Assembly: GCF_036971445.1 (NCBI RefSeq) | Contig: NC_091480.1 | Coordinates: forward strand, 61,878,001-61,942,000 | DNA: 64,000 bases | From: Narcine bancroftii | Taxonomy: Eukaryota | Direction: 5' to 3' | Translations under genes and position numbers: made by a program | In this document: piece after piece, positions 13,715 through 23,695 of the stretch | Numbering within the stretch: position 1 is the stretch's first letter | How the letters are laid out: every line of letters begins with the position of its first letter | Notes under the pieces: model-generated | The model's input: the letters and a program-made list of their open reading frames with translations, nothing else | Database searches by the model: none | Told to the model about the DNA's origin: nothing

Positions 13715-15235
13715 GTGGAGGTGAGGGTCAAGTGGAGGTGAGGGTCAAGGGGAGGTGGAGGGTGAGGGTCCAGGGGAGGTGGAGGTGAGGGTCCAGGGAG
13801 GTGGAGGTGAGGGTCCAGGGGAGGTGGAGGGGTGAGGGTCCAGGGGAGGTGGAGGTGGGGGTCCAGGGGTGGAGGTGGGGGTCCAGGGAGGTGGAGGTGG
13901 GGGTCCAGGTGGAGGTGGGGGTCCAGGGGAGGTGGGGGTCCAGGGGAGGTGGAGGTGGGGGTCCAGGGGAGGTGGAGGTGGGGGTCCAGGGGAGGTGGAG
14001 GTGGGGGTCCAGGGGAGGTGGAGGTGAGGGTCCAGGGGAGGGTGGAGGTGAGGGTCCAGGGGAGGTGGAGGTGAGGGTCCAGGGGAGGTGGAGGTGAGGG
14101 TCCAGGGGAGGTGGAGGTGAGGGTCCAGGGGAGGTGGAGGTGAGGGTCCAGGGGAGGTGGAGGTGGGGGGTCCAGGGGTGGAGGTGGGGGTCCAGGGAGG
14201 TGGGGGTCCAGGGGAGGTGGAGGTGGGGGTCCAGGGGAGGTGGAGATGAGGGTCCAGGGGAGGTGGAAGTGGGGGTCCGGGGAGGTGGCGGTGCCGGGGC
14301 CCGGGGAGGTGGCGGTGGGGGCCCCGCTCGGGGAGGTGGCGGGGGGCCCGGGGGAAGGTGGTCGAGTGGAGGGGCCGCCCGGGGGAGGTGGCGGTGGGGG
14401 GCCCGGGGGAGGTGGCGGTGGGGCCCGGGAGGTGGCGGTGGGCCCGGCCGCCGGGGAGATGGTGGCGGTGGGGGGCCCGGGGGAGGTGGCGGTGGGGGCC
14501 CCGGGGGAGGTGGCGGTGGGGCCCGGGGGAGGTGGCGGTGGGGGCCCGGGGGAGGTGGCGGTGGGGGCCCCCGGGGAGGTGGGGGCCCGGGGGCGGTGCG
14601 GGGGGCGGTGGCGGGTGGGGGCCCCGGGGGCGGTGGCGGCACCGGTGGGCGGTGGGGGCCCGGGGGCGGTGGCGGCCCGGGGGCGGTGGCGGAGGGTGAG
14701 TGGTCGCAGGAGGTGGGGGCTCAGGGGCGGTGGCGGAGGGTGAGTGGTCGCAGGAGGTGGGGGGCTCAGGGGCGGTGGCGGAGGGTGAGTGGTCGCAGGA
14801 GGTGGGGGCTCAGGGGCCGTGGCGGAGGGTGAGTGGTCGCAGGAGGTGGGGCTCAGGGGCGGTGGCGGAGGGTGAGTGGTCGCAGGAGGTGGGGCTTCAG
14901 GGGCGGAGGGTGAGTGGTCGCAGGTGGTGGGGGCTCAGGGGCGGAGGGTGAGTGGTCGCAGGTGGTGGGGGCTCGGGGCGGAAGGTGAGTGGTCGCAGGT
15001 GGTGGGGGTCCAGGGGTGGAGGGTGAGTGTTCGCAGGAGATGGGGTTCAGGGGCGGTGGCGGAGGGTGAGTGGTAGGGGGTGAGGGGAGGTTGGGGGGGG
15101 GTGAGGGGAAGTTGGGGGGGTGAGGGGAAGTTGGGGGGGGTGAGGGGAAGTTGGGGGGGGGGTGAGGGGAAGTTGGTGGGGGGTGAGGGGAAGTTGGGGG
15201 GGTGAGGGGAAATTGGGGGGGGTGAGGGGAAGTTG
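13715..15235 (+). repeat. Compound G-rich minisatellite in KANSL2 intron 1
   Basis: Successive units GGGTCCAGGGGAGGTGGAGGTGA, GGGCCCGGGGGAGGTGGCGGTGG, GGAGGGTGAGTGGTCGCAGGAGGTGGGGGCTCAGGGGC.. and GGGGGGGTGAGGGGAAGTT. Confidence 0.95.
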
Positions 15236-16754
15236 GTTGTTGGTTCTGTGCCGGCGGAGGCTGGAATGTCTGGGGATTTGATGGTAACGTGTGGAGGGAG
15301 TCAAAATGGCCGTGCAGCTGGCAGGTAGATGGGAGTCAGGGACAATGGTGTTTGATGTCATTAGTACTCTGTGGTTAGTAATGATTATTTAAGGTGGTTT
15401 GTGAACCCTGTTGTCATGGTGTTTAATCCACTGAGTTTATTCAGCAGATTAGTTTTTGTTTAATCTGCAATCTTTTCTATCCCAAGTTTGTCCAGCTCTT
15501 ATCTTGTAACTCATTCTCTCCAATCCATGCAGCATCCTGGTAAATCTCCTTTGTTGCCTTTCCAAAACCTTAATGTCCTTCCTGTAATGGAATAACCAGA
15601 ATTGCATTTGGTATTCCAAGTTTTCTAACCAACGTTTTACACCAACGTTTTACGTGGATATAAGATTATTATTATTAAACTCATTGTACCAGCAAGTGTA
15701 GAACAGCACAGTGCTGGCCCCTTCAGCCCATGATGTTGTGCCAACCCATGTAAACCTACCTCATGTCAAACTAATCGTTCTCCCTAACAGTAAAAAAACC
15801 CTCCATTTTTCTCACATCCATGTTTCTTGTCTAAGTATCTTTTAAATGTCCCAATTGTACTCCCTCTCCTCCACCACCTCTGGCAATCCATAGTGGGCAC
15901 CCACTACAATTTGTTATTCTTAAAAAAAAATTACCTGTCAGCTCAGCTAAATATTCCTCCACTCACCTTAAACAGATTTTGTTTGCTGTTGATATGCTTT
16001 ATGTTGGCTTTACTGCTCCATCTATGGTCACTTTCAAGGATCTTTGGGCCTGAGCCTCCAGATCCCACTGTACATCAATGCTGTTAAGGATTCTGCTGGG
16101 TGGCACAGTTATCATAGTGGTTACCTCAAGACTATAACAGCTCGGTGACCTAGATTTGAATCCAGCATTGGCTGTAAGAAGTTTGTACGTTCTCCCCATG
16201 TCTGGGTTTTCCCCAGGTGTTCCAAAATGTATGGGGTTGTAGGTTAATTGAGTGTAGTTGGGCAGCACAGGTTGCAATGGCTGAAATTGGCTTCTACTGT
16301 GTTGTAATTTTGAAAAATTCCATACGTTCACTTTTATTTGACCTCCCAAAGTCTCTCATCTCCCACTTGCCCGGATTAAACTCCATCCGCCATTTCTCTG
16401 CCCATATCTGTCACTGATCTGTATCCTGTTGTACCCTTTAACAGCGCTGTATGCACGCCAGAGAAAAGAACCCACGTATGTCCAACTTCTCCTTGCAACT
16501 CTTCCCTCTTTTCCCCCCTCCCCCCCCCCCCCAACCTAATCTGTACAGCATCATGATAAATATCTTCTGTACAAAGCCTCTACATCTTTCCTGGAATGGG
16601 GTGATCAGAGTTCCAAGTGCTTCCAAATCATTCTTATGTATACCCTAATCAATATGAGGGAAAGAAAAACATGCACTGACTCCCATTACCTCCACTGAGC
16701 AGCCAGTTGTACTTTGCAGGGGTCAAGATTGGGCCGAGTGAGGTGCCAAGGGTC

Positions 16755-17005
16755 ATGAATAGGATCCGGATTCACGTGCTGCCTTCCTCCCGGGGACGCC
16801 TGACCCCGATACCCAAAGTGCAGGAGACACTGGCCTGCTCCTTTACCCACCGGCCTTGCTCTCAGGCCCGCCTGGAAGGTCAGGAATTCTGCCTCAAGCA
16901 CATCCTCGAGGACAAGAGCGCACCCTTCAAGCAGTGCAGCTATATATCATCAAAAAACAACAGGAGGTGCCCGAACGCAGCCCCCAAACCGGAGAAGAAG
17001 GACGG
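16755..17005 (+). CDS. KANSL2: KANSL2 coding exon 1 (exon starts 16720)
   Basis: [52 protein letters not shown]; donor GTAGGT. Confidence 0.97.
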
Positions 17006-17974
17006 GTAGGTGGTGAGCATGGGCTTGGACCTAGCAACAGGGAAGAAACTGATGTGTTTCTCAGTCAGGATGGTGTAGGACACAAAGAAGAATCAGAAAG
17101 GGAGATGTTTTTCCAAGTTTATTGTCAAGTACCAAGGAGCAGTGGGAACCTTTGACTTGTAAGAGACCAGCAGCACATTCAACATGTAGTACAGCAACAA
17201 AAACAGAGTACAAGAACTCACTGTCAGACAGAGCATGGGTAACATTATGACACTAGTGTGGGTTTCAGTCAGCTGCACATAGAGGGGAGGGGGTGTGATG
17301 AGGTGTAGATTGAGTCGATGGATGAAGTGCCGATGGAGGGGAGTCACTCCAACCTGCTCTGGAAGCCATGGTGTTGATGAGCGGGAGAATTGTTTGTTTT
17401 GCCCTGGGGGTGGACTCAGCCACGGATTCAGGCCTGGAAGCTGGAGGAATCTTCCTGGATCACAGAGCAGTGAAAGGGGTCAGGAGGTCTGGGGTTGCAT
17501 CGTCTTTTTTTTTTAATATAGGTGTCTAACCTTTTATCTGGGATTGTTGGGACTGGACTCCTTCCATTGTTCGGAATCTTTCGGATTTTGGAATCATTTT
17601 GATTTTTGTCCCTTTAAGCTTGCCCGGGTTGTGCTGCCACCCCTCTTTCTCTCCCCCCCCCCCCCCCCCGCGCACGGGTCATGGTCCCCTGCACTGGCAC
17701 TGCTGCGGCAGTGTCTTCCACTTTGGGGGTTATGGGTAGAGATGATGCCGCCTCCACTGAGCCAACTGAAAGTGCTGTGATGCAGGATGGGCATCAGTAT
17801 AGGCGATATTCAGATGTGCTTATAAAGTAGTGGAATGCAACGGGAGTTGAGCAAGGGAGGGTTGCGTCGGGTCACGTTTGATGCCAAACTCCATCTCTGA
17901 TGAGCAGATGTCATCTATAGAATAAAAGTGCCAGTTTTTGGAATTCCAGATAAATGTTTGGGCACCTGTGTTTT

Positions 17975-19165
17975 ATTTATATATTTTCAGTTTCCAGTAA
18001 TCAATCAGAAATTACAGTTATCAATTATATACAAAATTCGGCATTGAATCTGAAGTCATTTTTCCCCCCTCAACAGACCACAGTTATGCACAGCATTCAA
18101 GACACCCACAATAAAGAAAGGGATTTGTCACGGCCCGACAGCCGGCACCTTGGCTGGTACATTTTCCTTGACTTTACTTGGTTAGGTTGGAATGGACCGC
18201 CCTGCCCCTCCCTCAGTAGAAGGATAGACGGGGGAGGCAGGCCAGTGAGATATGCAGATTCACACTAGAACTGTGTTCCTATAAAATTTAAAATATGGTT
18301 GCCAAATTTTTAGAAAAATGTTATATTTTCTTTAAGTCGTAGGTAATTTTCTCCAGAGGAACACAGCTTTGCATTTCCGTATCCAGTACACAATGTCTAA
18401 GTGAGGGCCACCCAGAAGGGTCTCACCTTGGTACGTGTCCAGGTTGCATGCACAAAGGTTCCTGTCACAATGACACATCTGAAACATTGGTCTGAAATTT
18501 CTGGTTTAGCCTTATGCAATTTTTGCAGTGTCAAATATAGCCGATGGAAAAAGTTGTACTTCCCCCAACCTATACCTTGCATTAATAATTGCGGTCATGC
18601 TGTTCTAACATAGTTCTGACCAGGACCGCTTGTCAATCGTTTTCCTCAGTATGACTCCCTCCTTTGCCTTGATTTGTGAAGGTCTGGTTTAGGGTCTTCT
18701 GCATGGAGTAAGAAATAAATCGCCGAGATGAAGTTCCGTGTGTTCTTTTGAATCAGGGTTTCTATGTCATGGATATAGATGAGGTCATGGATGAGCATAA
18801 TTTGTCCCTCATAAAAGATCTTGTCTGAAGGTTGCAGAGGAACATTTTATTTGACAAGTCTTATTTATTTCTGAGTTGCGCAAATTATAATAATTGCCTC
18901 TGCTCATAACAGTCCTCGATATACCTGAACCCACCCCCTTTTGGCACCAGGATCTTGTTGTTCACTGTCAATGTGACTAATCTATTTGGAGTCGGGTGTT
19001 TTTGGGGACAGCCCCACTTTAGACCCTACATATTGATTAATTTTGTTCCATATAAAAATTGTTTTAATATGGGGCTTTTTTTTAAACCAGATAAGTGTCC
19101 CACTTGTAAATAAGGTCTGCTACCTTTTCACCCTCTGTATTCAGACCAATTTGAGGGCTTGCATA
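17975..19165 (-). mobile_element. Degenerate L1 3' portion in a KANSL2 intron
   Basis: YNFFHRLYLTLQKLHK..DQCFRC..HATWT..VRPFW zinc-knuckle region; A-rich 3' end near 17975. Confidence 0.8.
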
Positions 19166-19196
19166 ATCTTTAACCTCTGGTCCTTCGACCCTGCAG

Positions 19197-19375
19197 AGTG
19201 GCCTTCTGCGCTGAGCACACACGGAGGAATGCCCTGGCTGTACGGGTCCCGTCGAAGAAACCCAGTGCTGCACCCTCGCCCGAGGCCTTGCTTGTCCAGC
19301 TCAGCAACTACCTGAAGGGAGATGTGGCCTTGCAAGGACTGGAGAGCAACCAGAGTGAGGCGAGCAGGATCCTGG
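19197..19375 (+). CDS. KANSL2: KANSL2 coding exon 2
   Basis: VAFCAEHTRRNALA..SEASRIL; AG/GT boundaries in phase. Confidence 0.95.
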
Positions 19376-19605
19376 GTACGGTCGCAATTTCCAAGTCCTG
19401 GGGTTGCCTGGTGTGGACACTGAGAGTAGGCTGAGGGAGAGGCAGCAGATATGAGGGTGTCTGGAAATGGCAGCTATGCAATCATCTCTCTCAAACAGAA
19501 CAATGCGCCAGCCAGGCTCGTGGGGAAGGGTCTTTGGGGTGGAGGGATGGGGGTGATGGATGAGTGGCGGCAGCACTAAGAGTCCACATGTCTGTCCACC
19601 AGCAG

Positions 19606-19720
19606 ATAATGACAGCTGGAGTGAGGGGGAGCCCGAAGCCGTGCTCGTGGACCAGACCTGGAGGGGTGACCCCGACAGTGAAGCAGACAGCATTGACAGT
19701 GACCAGGAGGATCCCCTGAA
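19606..19720 (+). CDS. KANSL2: KANSL2 coding exon 3
   Basis: [32 protein letters not shown]; donor GTGAGT. Confidence 0.96.
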
Positions 19721-19967
19721 GTGAGTGAGTGATGCCTGGGTGGTGAGGCTTGGTGACCACCTCTACTCAACCCCCACCCCTGGCCCTCCTTTCCACCCCA
19801 CCCCCCAAACCAATTGTCAAGGCCCTCCCTTCTCTTCTCTGCCCCCCCCAACATCCCCGACTTTCCTTACCATCTGCCCGTCTCTGACCCTCACCACCCC
19901 CCGACGTCTCTGAGCCTGCCCCCTGCACACTCCCTCTCTGACCTCTGACCCCTCCGTCTCACCACAG

Positions 19968-20131
19968 GCACGCGGGGGTGTTTACAGCAGAGGAGGTGGC
20001 ACTGCTCATGCGTGAGAAGCTGATCCGTCTCCAGTCACTCTACATCGATCAGTTCAAGCGGCTGCAGCACTTGCTGAAGGAGAAGAGACGTCACTACCTG
20101 CATGCTAGCAGGCCCCAAGCCCAGGGGGCTG
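19968..20131 (+). CDS. KANSL2: KANSL2 coding exon 4
   Basis: [41 protein letters not shown]; donor GTGAGT. Confidence 0.97.
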
Positions 20132-20600
20132 GTGAGTCCAGAGGGAGCACAAAGATGCTGAGAGAAGGGCCACATTGCTGGTTTATGAGTCGAGCTCAGA
20201 GGGGGAGAGAGGAGAATGTTTTCCAGGAGGGACTGGCCTCCTGTGGTACCTGGGAGATGGTGGGGGGAGAAGAGGGGAAGGGAGGGGTGGTTCTGGCGGA
20301 GACTGAAGGTCTGACATGAACAGTTTTCAATGTCACATTGTAAATGGCTTGGGCAGGATGACGTGGGTGGGGGTGCAGATAGTGAAACTGCACAGATTCT
20401 CACTGTTGGCATCTGTCTCCCTGAGACCTTGTGTGTTTTTCTCCCGACCCTGGGTACTGTGGTTCCCTCCTCTTGTCTGATGACTGTGCAGGGTCACTGA
20501 ACTATCCCAGGTGTTTGTGGGAGTGGAAGGGGATCATGCTTGACCAATGAGGAACTAATTACCTGGTGCTTCTGTTCCCCACCCCCCTTATTTGCGGAAG

Positions 20601-20770
20601 GGGGCAGCCTCATGCTCAGCTCAGAGGCCGCTGCCTCTCCCAGGGAACGTGTGGATATGCAGGAGCTGCAAGCCCTGCGCCGATACCGGAAGCGTTATGG
20701 GGCTGAGGCAGTGCTACAGCGGCAGCTGAAGGAGCGGCGGGCATTGGCCAGCGAGGGGAATCTGCAGCAG
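20601..20770 (+). CDS. KANSL2: KANSL2 coding exon 5
   Basis: LRRYRKRYGAEAVLQRQLKERRALASEG; in phase with neighbours. Confidence 0.92.
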
Positions 20771-20841
20771 GTTAGTGTGTCTATGGGGTGGTCCAGGGAT
20801 GGTTCGTGCTCATCGCTGATCTATGTTCTCTCCTCTGTCAG

Positions 20842-20941
20842 GCACATCCATCGTCCCGCACGGTGCAGCGGTGTGGTGTGGTGACTGATGGAGTCCGCTG
20901 CTCTGCTCCCTCCCTCCCACTCAGCAGGCACTGCCTCAGTC
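20842..20941 (+). CDS. KANSL2: KANSL2 coding exon 6
   Basis: QRCGVVTDGVRCSAPSLPLSRHCLS(H); followed by GTATCCTT. Confidence 0.92.
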
Positions 20942-21354
20942 GTATCCTTCCGCTGCTACCCGTGGCTAATCTGGGGGCAGCAGCATCTCAGGAGGGGGTG
21001 GGGGGGGTAAGAAGGCAGTCCAGGGTGAGGGCATTTGAGGTGGGGTGCTAGTTAGGGCAGGGAGAGGGCCCAGGAGGGGGGGGGGGAAAGGGGCCAGTAC
21101 GGAGAGGGCCCCAGAGTGGGGGGGGGGGGGTTGGAGGGGATAGGACCCGGTGGGTGGGGGCGGTGGGGGGTCAGGGCCCGATGGCCTCGTAGGAAGTAAT
21201 GTAGTGGGCCCTGCAAATGGTGTTGCTGGGGCCAGCGTTACTGCTGACCGTGGGCACATCCTGGGACAGGGAAGCCTGGCATAGGCTAAGCTTGGTATCA
21301 CAGGAGTGATCACTCCCTTCCTCCCTGGCCTGTTCTCCCTTGACTTGTGCTCAG
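20942..21354 (+). other. KANSL2: KANSL2 U12-type intron (GT-AG, 413 nt)
   Basis: Perfect GTATCCTT donor and TCCCTTGAC branch site (21336-21344) 10 nt before the intron end. Confidence 0.93.
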
Positions 21355-21608
21355 ACATTTGCCAGGACCCCAGCCAGGTGTTGTTCAGGAGGTGCCCAGG
21401 AGTGAAGGAGGTACCCTGCACCAAGCCAGTGTCTCTGAGCCTGGGTGAAGAACCCTGTTGCCCTCTCCACCTCCAGGTGCTTCCCCAGATGTACCAACCT
21501 GAACCCGTCTGCTGTGTCTCTGAGCAGCTCGAGAGTGCACCTGTCGAGATGTATCTAAGTGCTGCTGAGCTCCAGCCCTCTGAGGTCTTGCCACTGGAGT
21601 TTAGTGAG
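21355..21608 (+). CDS. KANSL2: KANSL2 coding exon 7
   Basis: [42 protein letters not shown]. Confidence 0.96.
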
Positions 21609-21699
21609 GTGAGGCATTGAGTGCTCGTGGGGGGTTAGAACTGTTAGGTTGAGCTTGTTCATAACCATCTTTAAACTTAAGTGTCCCCATTCCCAAAAT

Positions 21700-22225
21700 A
21701 TTTTCCCACTGATGCTCTGATCACCTGACCAGGTTCATTTGCCCAATACATGGTCTAGTATGGCCCCCTTCCAGGTTGAATGATTTGCACCTTCAAGAAA
21801 CTTGATGCATTTAACAAATTCTGTCCTATCTCGGCCTCTGGTACTGAGAACATACCAGACAATTTGGGGAAATTTAAAGTCTCCCACTACGAAAACACTG
21901 TTACCTTTGCAGCATTCCGTAATCTGTCTACCTGTCTGTTCCTCCACTTCCCAGTGGCCGTTGGGAAGCCTATTGTATAGTCCTATCACAGTAATTGCAC
22001 CTGTTTTATTTCTAATGTTTACATACTCTGCCTGAGTAGTGGAAGCCAATGTGAGGCCCTCCCTGAGTGAAGCAGTGACACTTTCCCTGATTAGCAATGC
22101 CACACCTCCACCTCTTTTACCTCCTTCTCTAGCCTGTCCAAGTCAACGAAGCCCAGGAACATGGAGTTGCCAATCCTCCCCCTGGTGCAACCATATCCCA
22201 AACAGCCACAACATCATAATTCTGA
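21700..22225 (-). mobile_element. CR1 endonuclease-domain fragment
   Basis: GGGVALLIRE..IGLYNR.PN..VVGDFKFP..AILDHVLG APE motifs. Confidence 0.85.
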
Positions 22226-22748
22226 TATAGGGAGGGAAGTAGGGGACCAGAGGGGGTTACAGAGTCAGGGAGAGGTGTGGGGGACTGGAGGGAGTAAAGG
22301 AGATGGGGATGGGTGTAGGGACTGGAGGAGCTGACAGGGAGGGGTGTAAGAATTGGAGGGGTTTTTTGTGGACTGTAACAGCTGTTATTTGCTATTGCTA
22401 TTGCTGGAGAGAGAGGGGTGACCAAGGAGATGTGTTCTTTTCTGGGGGGGAAGTGACAAGCAGTCAGTGAGTGAGTCCTTTCTCACCACAAAGGTGTGGG
22501 GCCCAGAATGTGGTTGGAGACTTGGTGTACCAAGTCTGAAGGGTGTGCTAGCTGAATGAGCAGACAATGGGTTCCTGTGGAGTGTGGCTTGGTAGAGTGA
22601 CAGAGGAGGGGGGCAGGCTGCATGGTGAGGCTTGTAGGATCCTGTGGAGTAGGATGGGGCAGATGTTATCGTGCCTGGATTTTGCGGGGGGTGGGGGGGG
22701 GATGAGTCTTGACATAAATAAATGGTGGTCTTTAACTATGGCAATGCC

Positions 22749-22890
22749 TGGCTCTGAATCAAGACCCACGGGCTTGCCGTGCCCAGGGGTTTCAAACAGA
22801 AAGCCAACATCAAGCTCTTCTCCCTGTGGTCTATTGGTTTGCTCACATTTGCAGCCAAAAAGCAGTTATTTTCATCAGGGAGTGACATGA
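22749..22890 (+). ncRNA. SNORA2: H/ACA box snoRNA, SNORA2 (ACA2/ACA34) family
   Basis: GGCTCTGAATCAAGACC..GGTTTCAAACAG..CTGTGGTCT resembles SNORA2A/B as recalled. H box ACATCA 22807-22812; ACA 22885-22887 three nt from the end; KANSL2 is the known SNORA2 host. Confidence 0.9.
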
Positions 22891-23203
22891 GATGTGATGC
22901 TCTGTGGTTAGAGATGGGGAATGGGGTATAGAAATGGGGAACTGTGTAGGGACCAGAGTGGTTTACAGAGATGGTGAGGTGTGTAGGAACTGGAGGGAGG
23001 TACAGAGACAGGAACGGGTATGGGGACCAGAGGGTAAGGAGGACTATGGGGGTTAGAGAGACTGGGAAGGGAGCAGAGAGGGTTACAGGGAGGGTTGTAG
23101 GGGACCAGAGGGGGGAAGGTGGTTACAGAGACAGGGAGGGGTGTGGGGGTAATGGAGATGGGGAGGGTGTGTCCCTCTCTCTCACTCTGGTTGCCTCTCC
23201 TAG

Positions 23204-23446
23204 GACTGCCTAGACGTGGTTGGCGACAGTGTCCACTGTCCACCATCGCTGCTCTTCAATGCTACACTGGGCACTGGGGCCCAGTCAACAGACGAGTCAG
23301 ACTTGGCTGATGGCACTGACCCAGCTGCTCCGGATGACTCGGGGGCAGTCACCCCTCCGCCTGACATGTGCTCCACCTCTCGACTGTCTCACCCTGTGGT
23401 GAGCTCCACACTCTTGGCTCGACCCCAATCAGATTCAGAATCATAG
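23204..23446 (+). CDS. KANSL2: KANSL2 terminal coding exon (assembled CDS 1476 nt, 491 aa)
   Basis: DCLDVVGDSVHCPPSLLF matches the conserved DLDVVGD..CPPS motif; open to TAG 23444-23446. C-terminus divergent, so an extra intron cannot be excluded. Confidence 0.82.
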   Translation, partial: DCLDVVGDSVHCPPSLLFNATLGTGAQSTDESDLADGTDPAAPDDSGAVTPPPDMCSTSRLSHPVVSSTLLARPQSDSES

Positions 23447-23689
23447 GCACACTCCTTCCTCTTGTCTGTGTGACCATCAGAGCACAGCTGAGCTCTGTCC
23501 CTGGGCTGGGTGATACTCCTGTCCAGTCCTGGATCACCATGGCTCTTGGGTGTCAGCAGCTTCCTGGGAGCTCGGGGTCACTGCTGGAACACACAGAAAG
23601 TCTGGCAGCTGCAGGGTTGTGGCAATGCAGGGAAGGACTCTCATTCATTGGTGGTGGGTGGCACCCAAATGTTTGTTTATGTATGTGAT

Positions 23690-23695
23690 AATAAA
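23690..23695 (+). terminator. KANSL2: Probable KANSL2 poly(A) signal
   Basis: First AATAAA after the stop codon. Confidence 0.6.

Noticed and set aside
13728..14951. Long Pro/Gly-rich ORFs
   Set aside because: Stop-free translations of a minisatellite in several frames.
23399..23404. GTGAGC donor implying another KANSL2 exon
   Set aside because: No matching downstream exon found; the unspliced frame already gives the expected ~490 aa.
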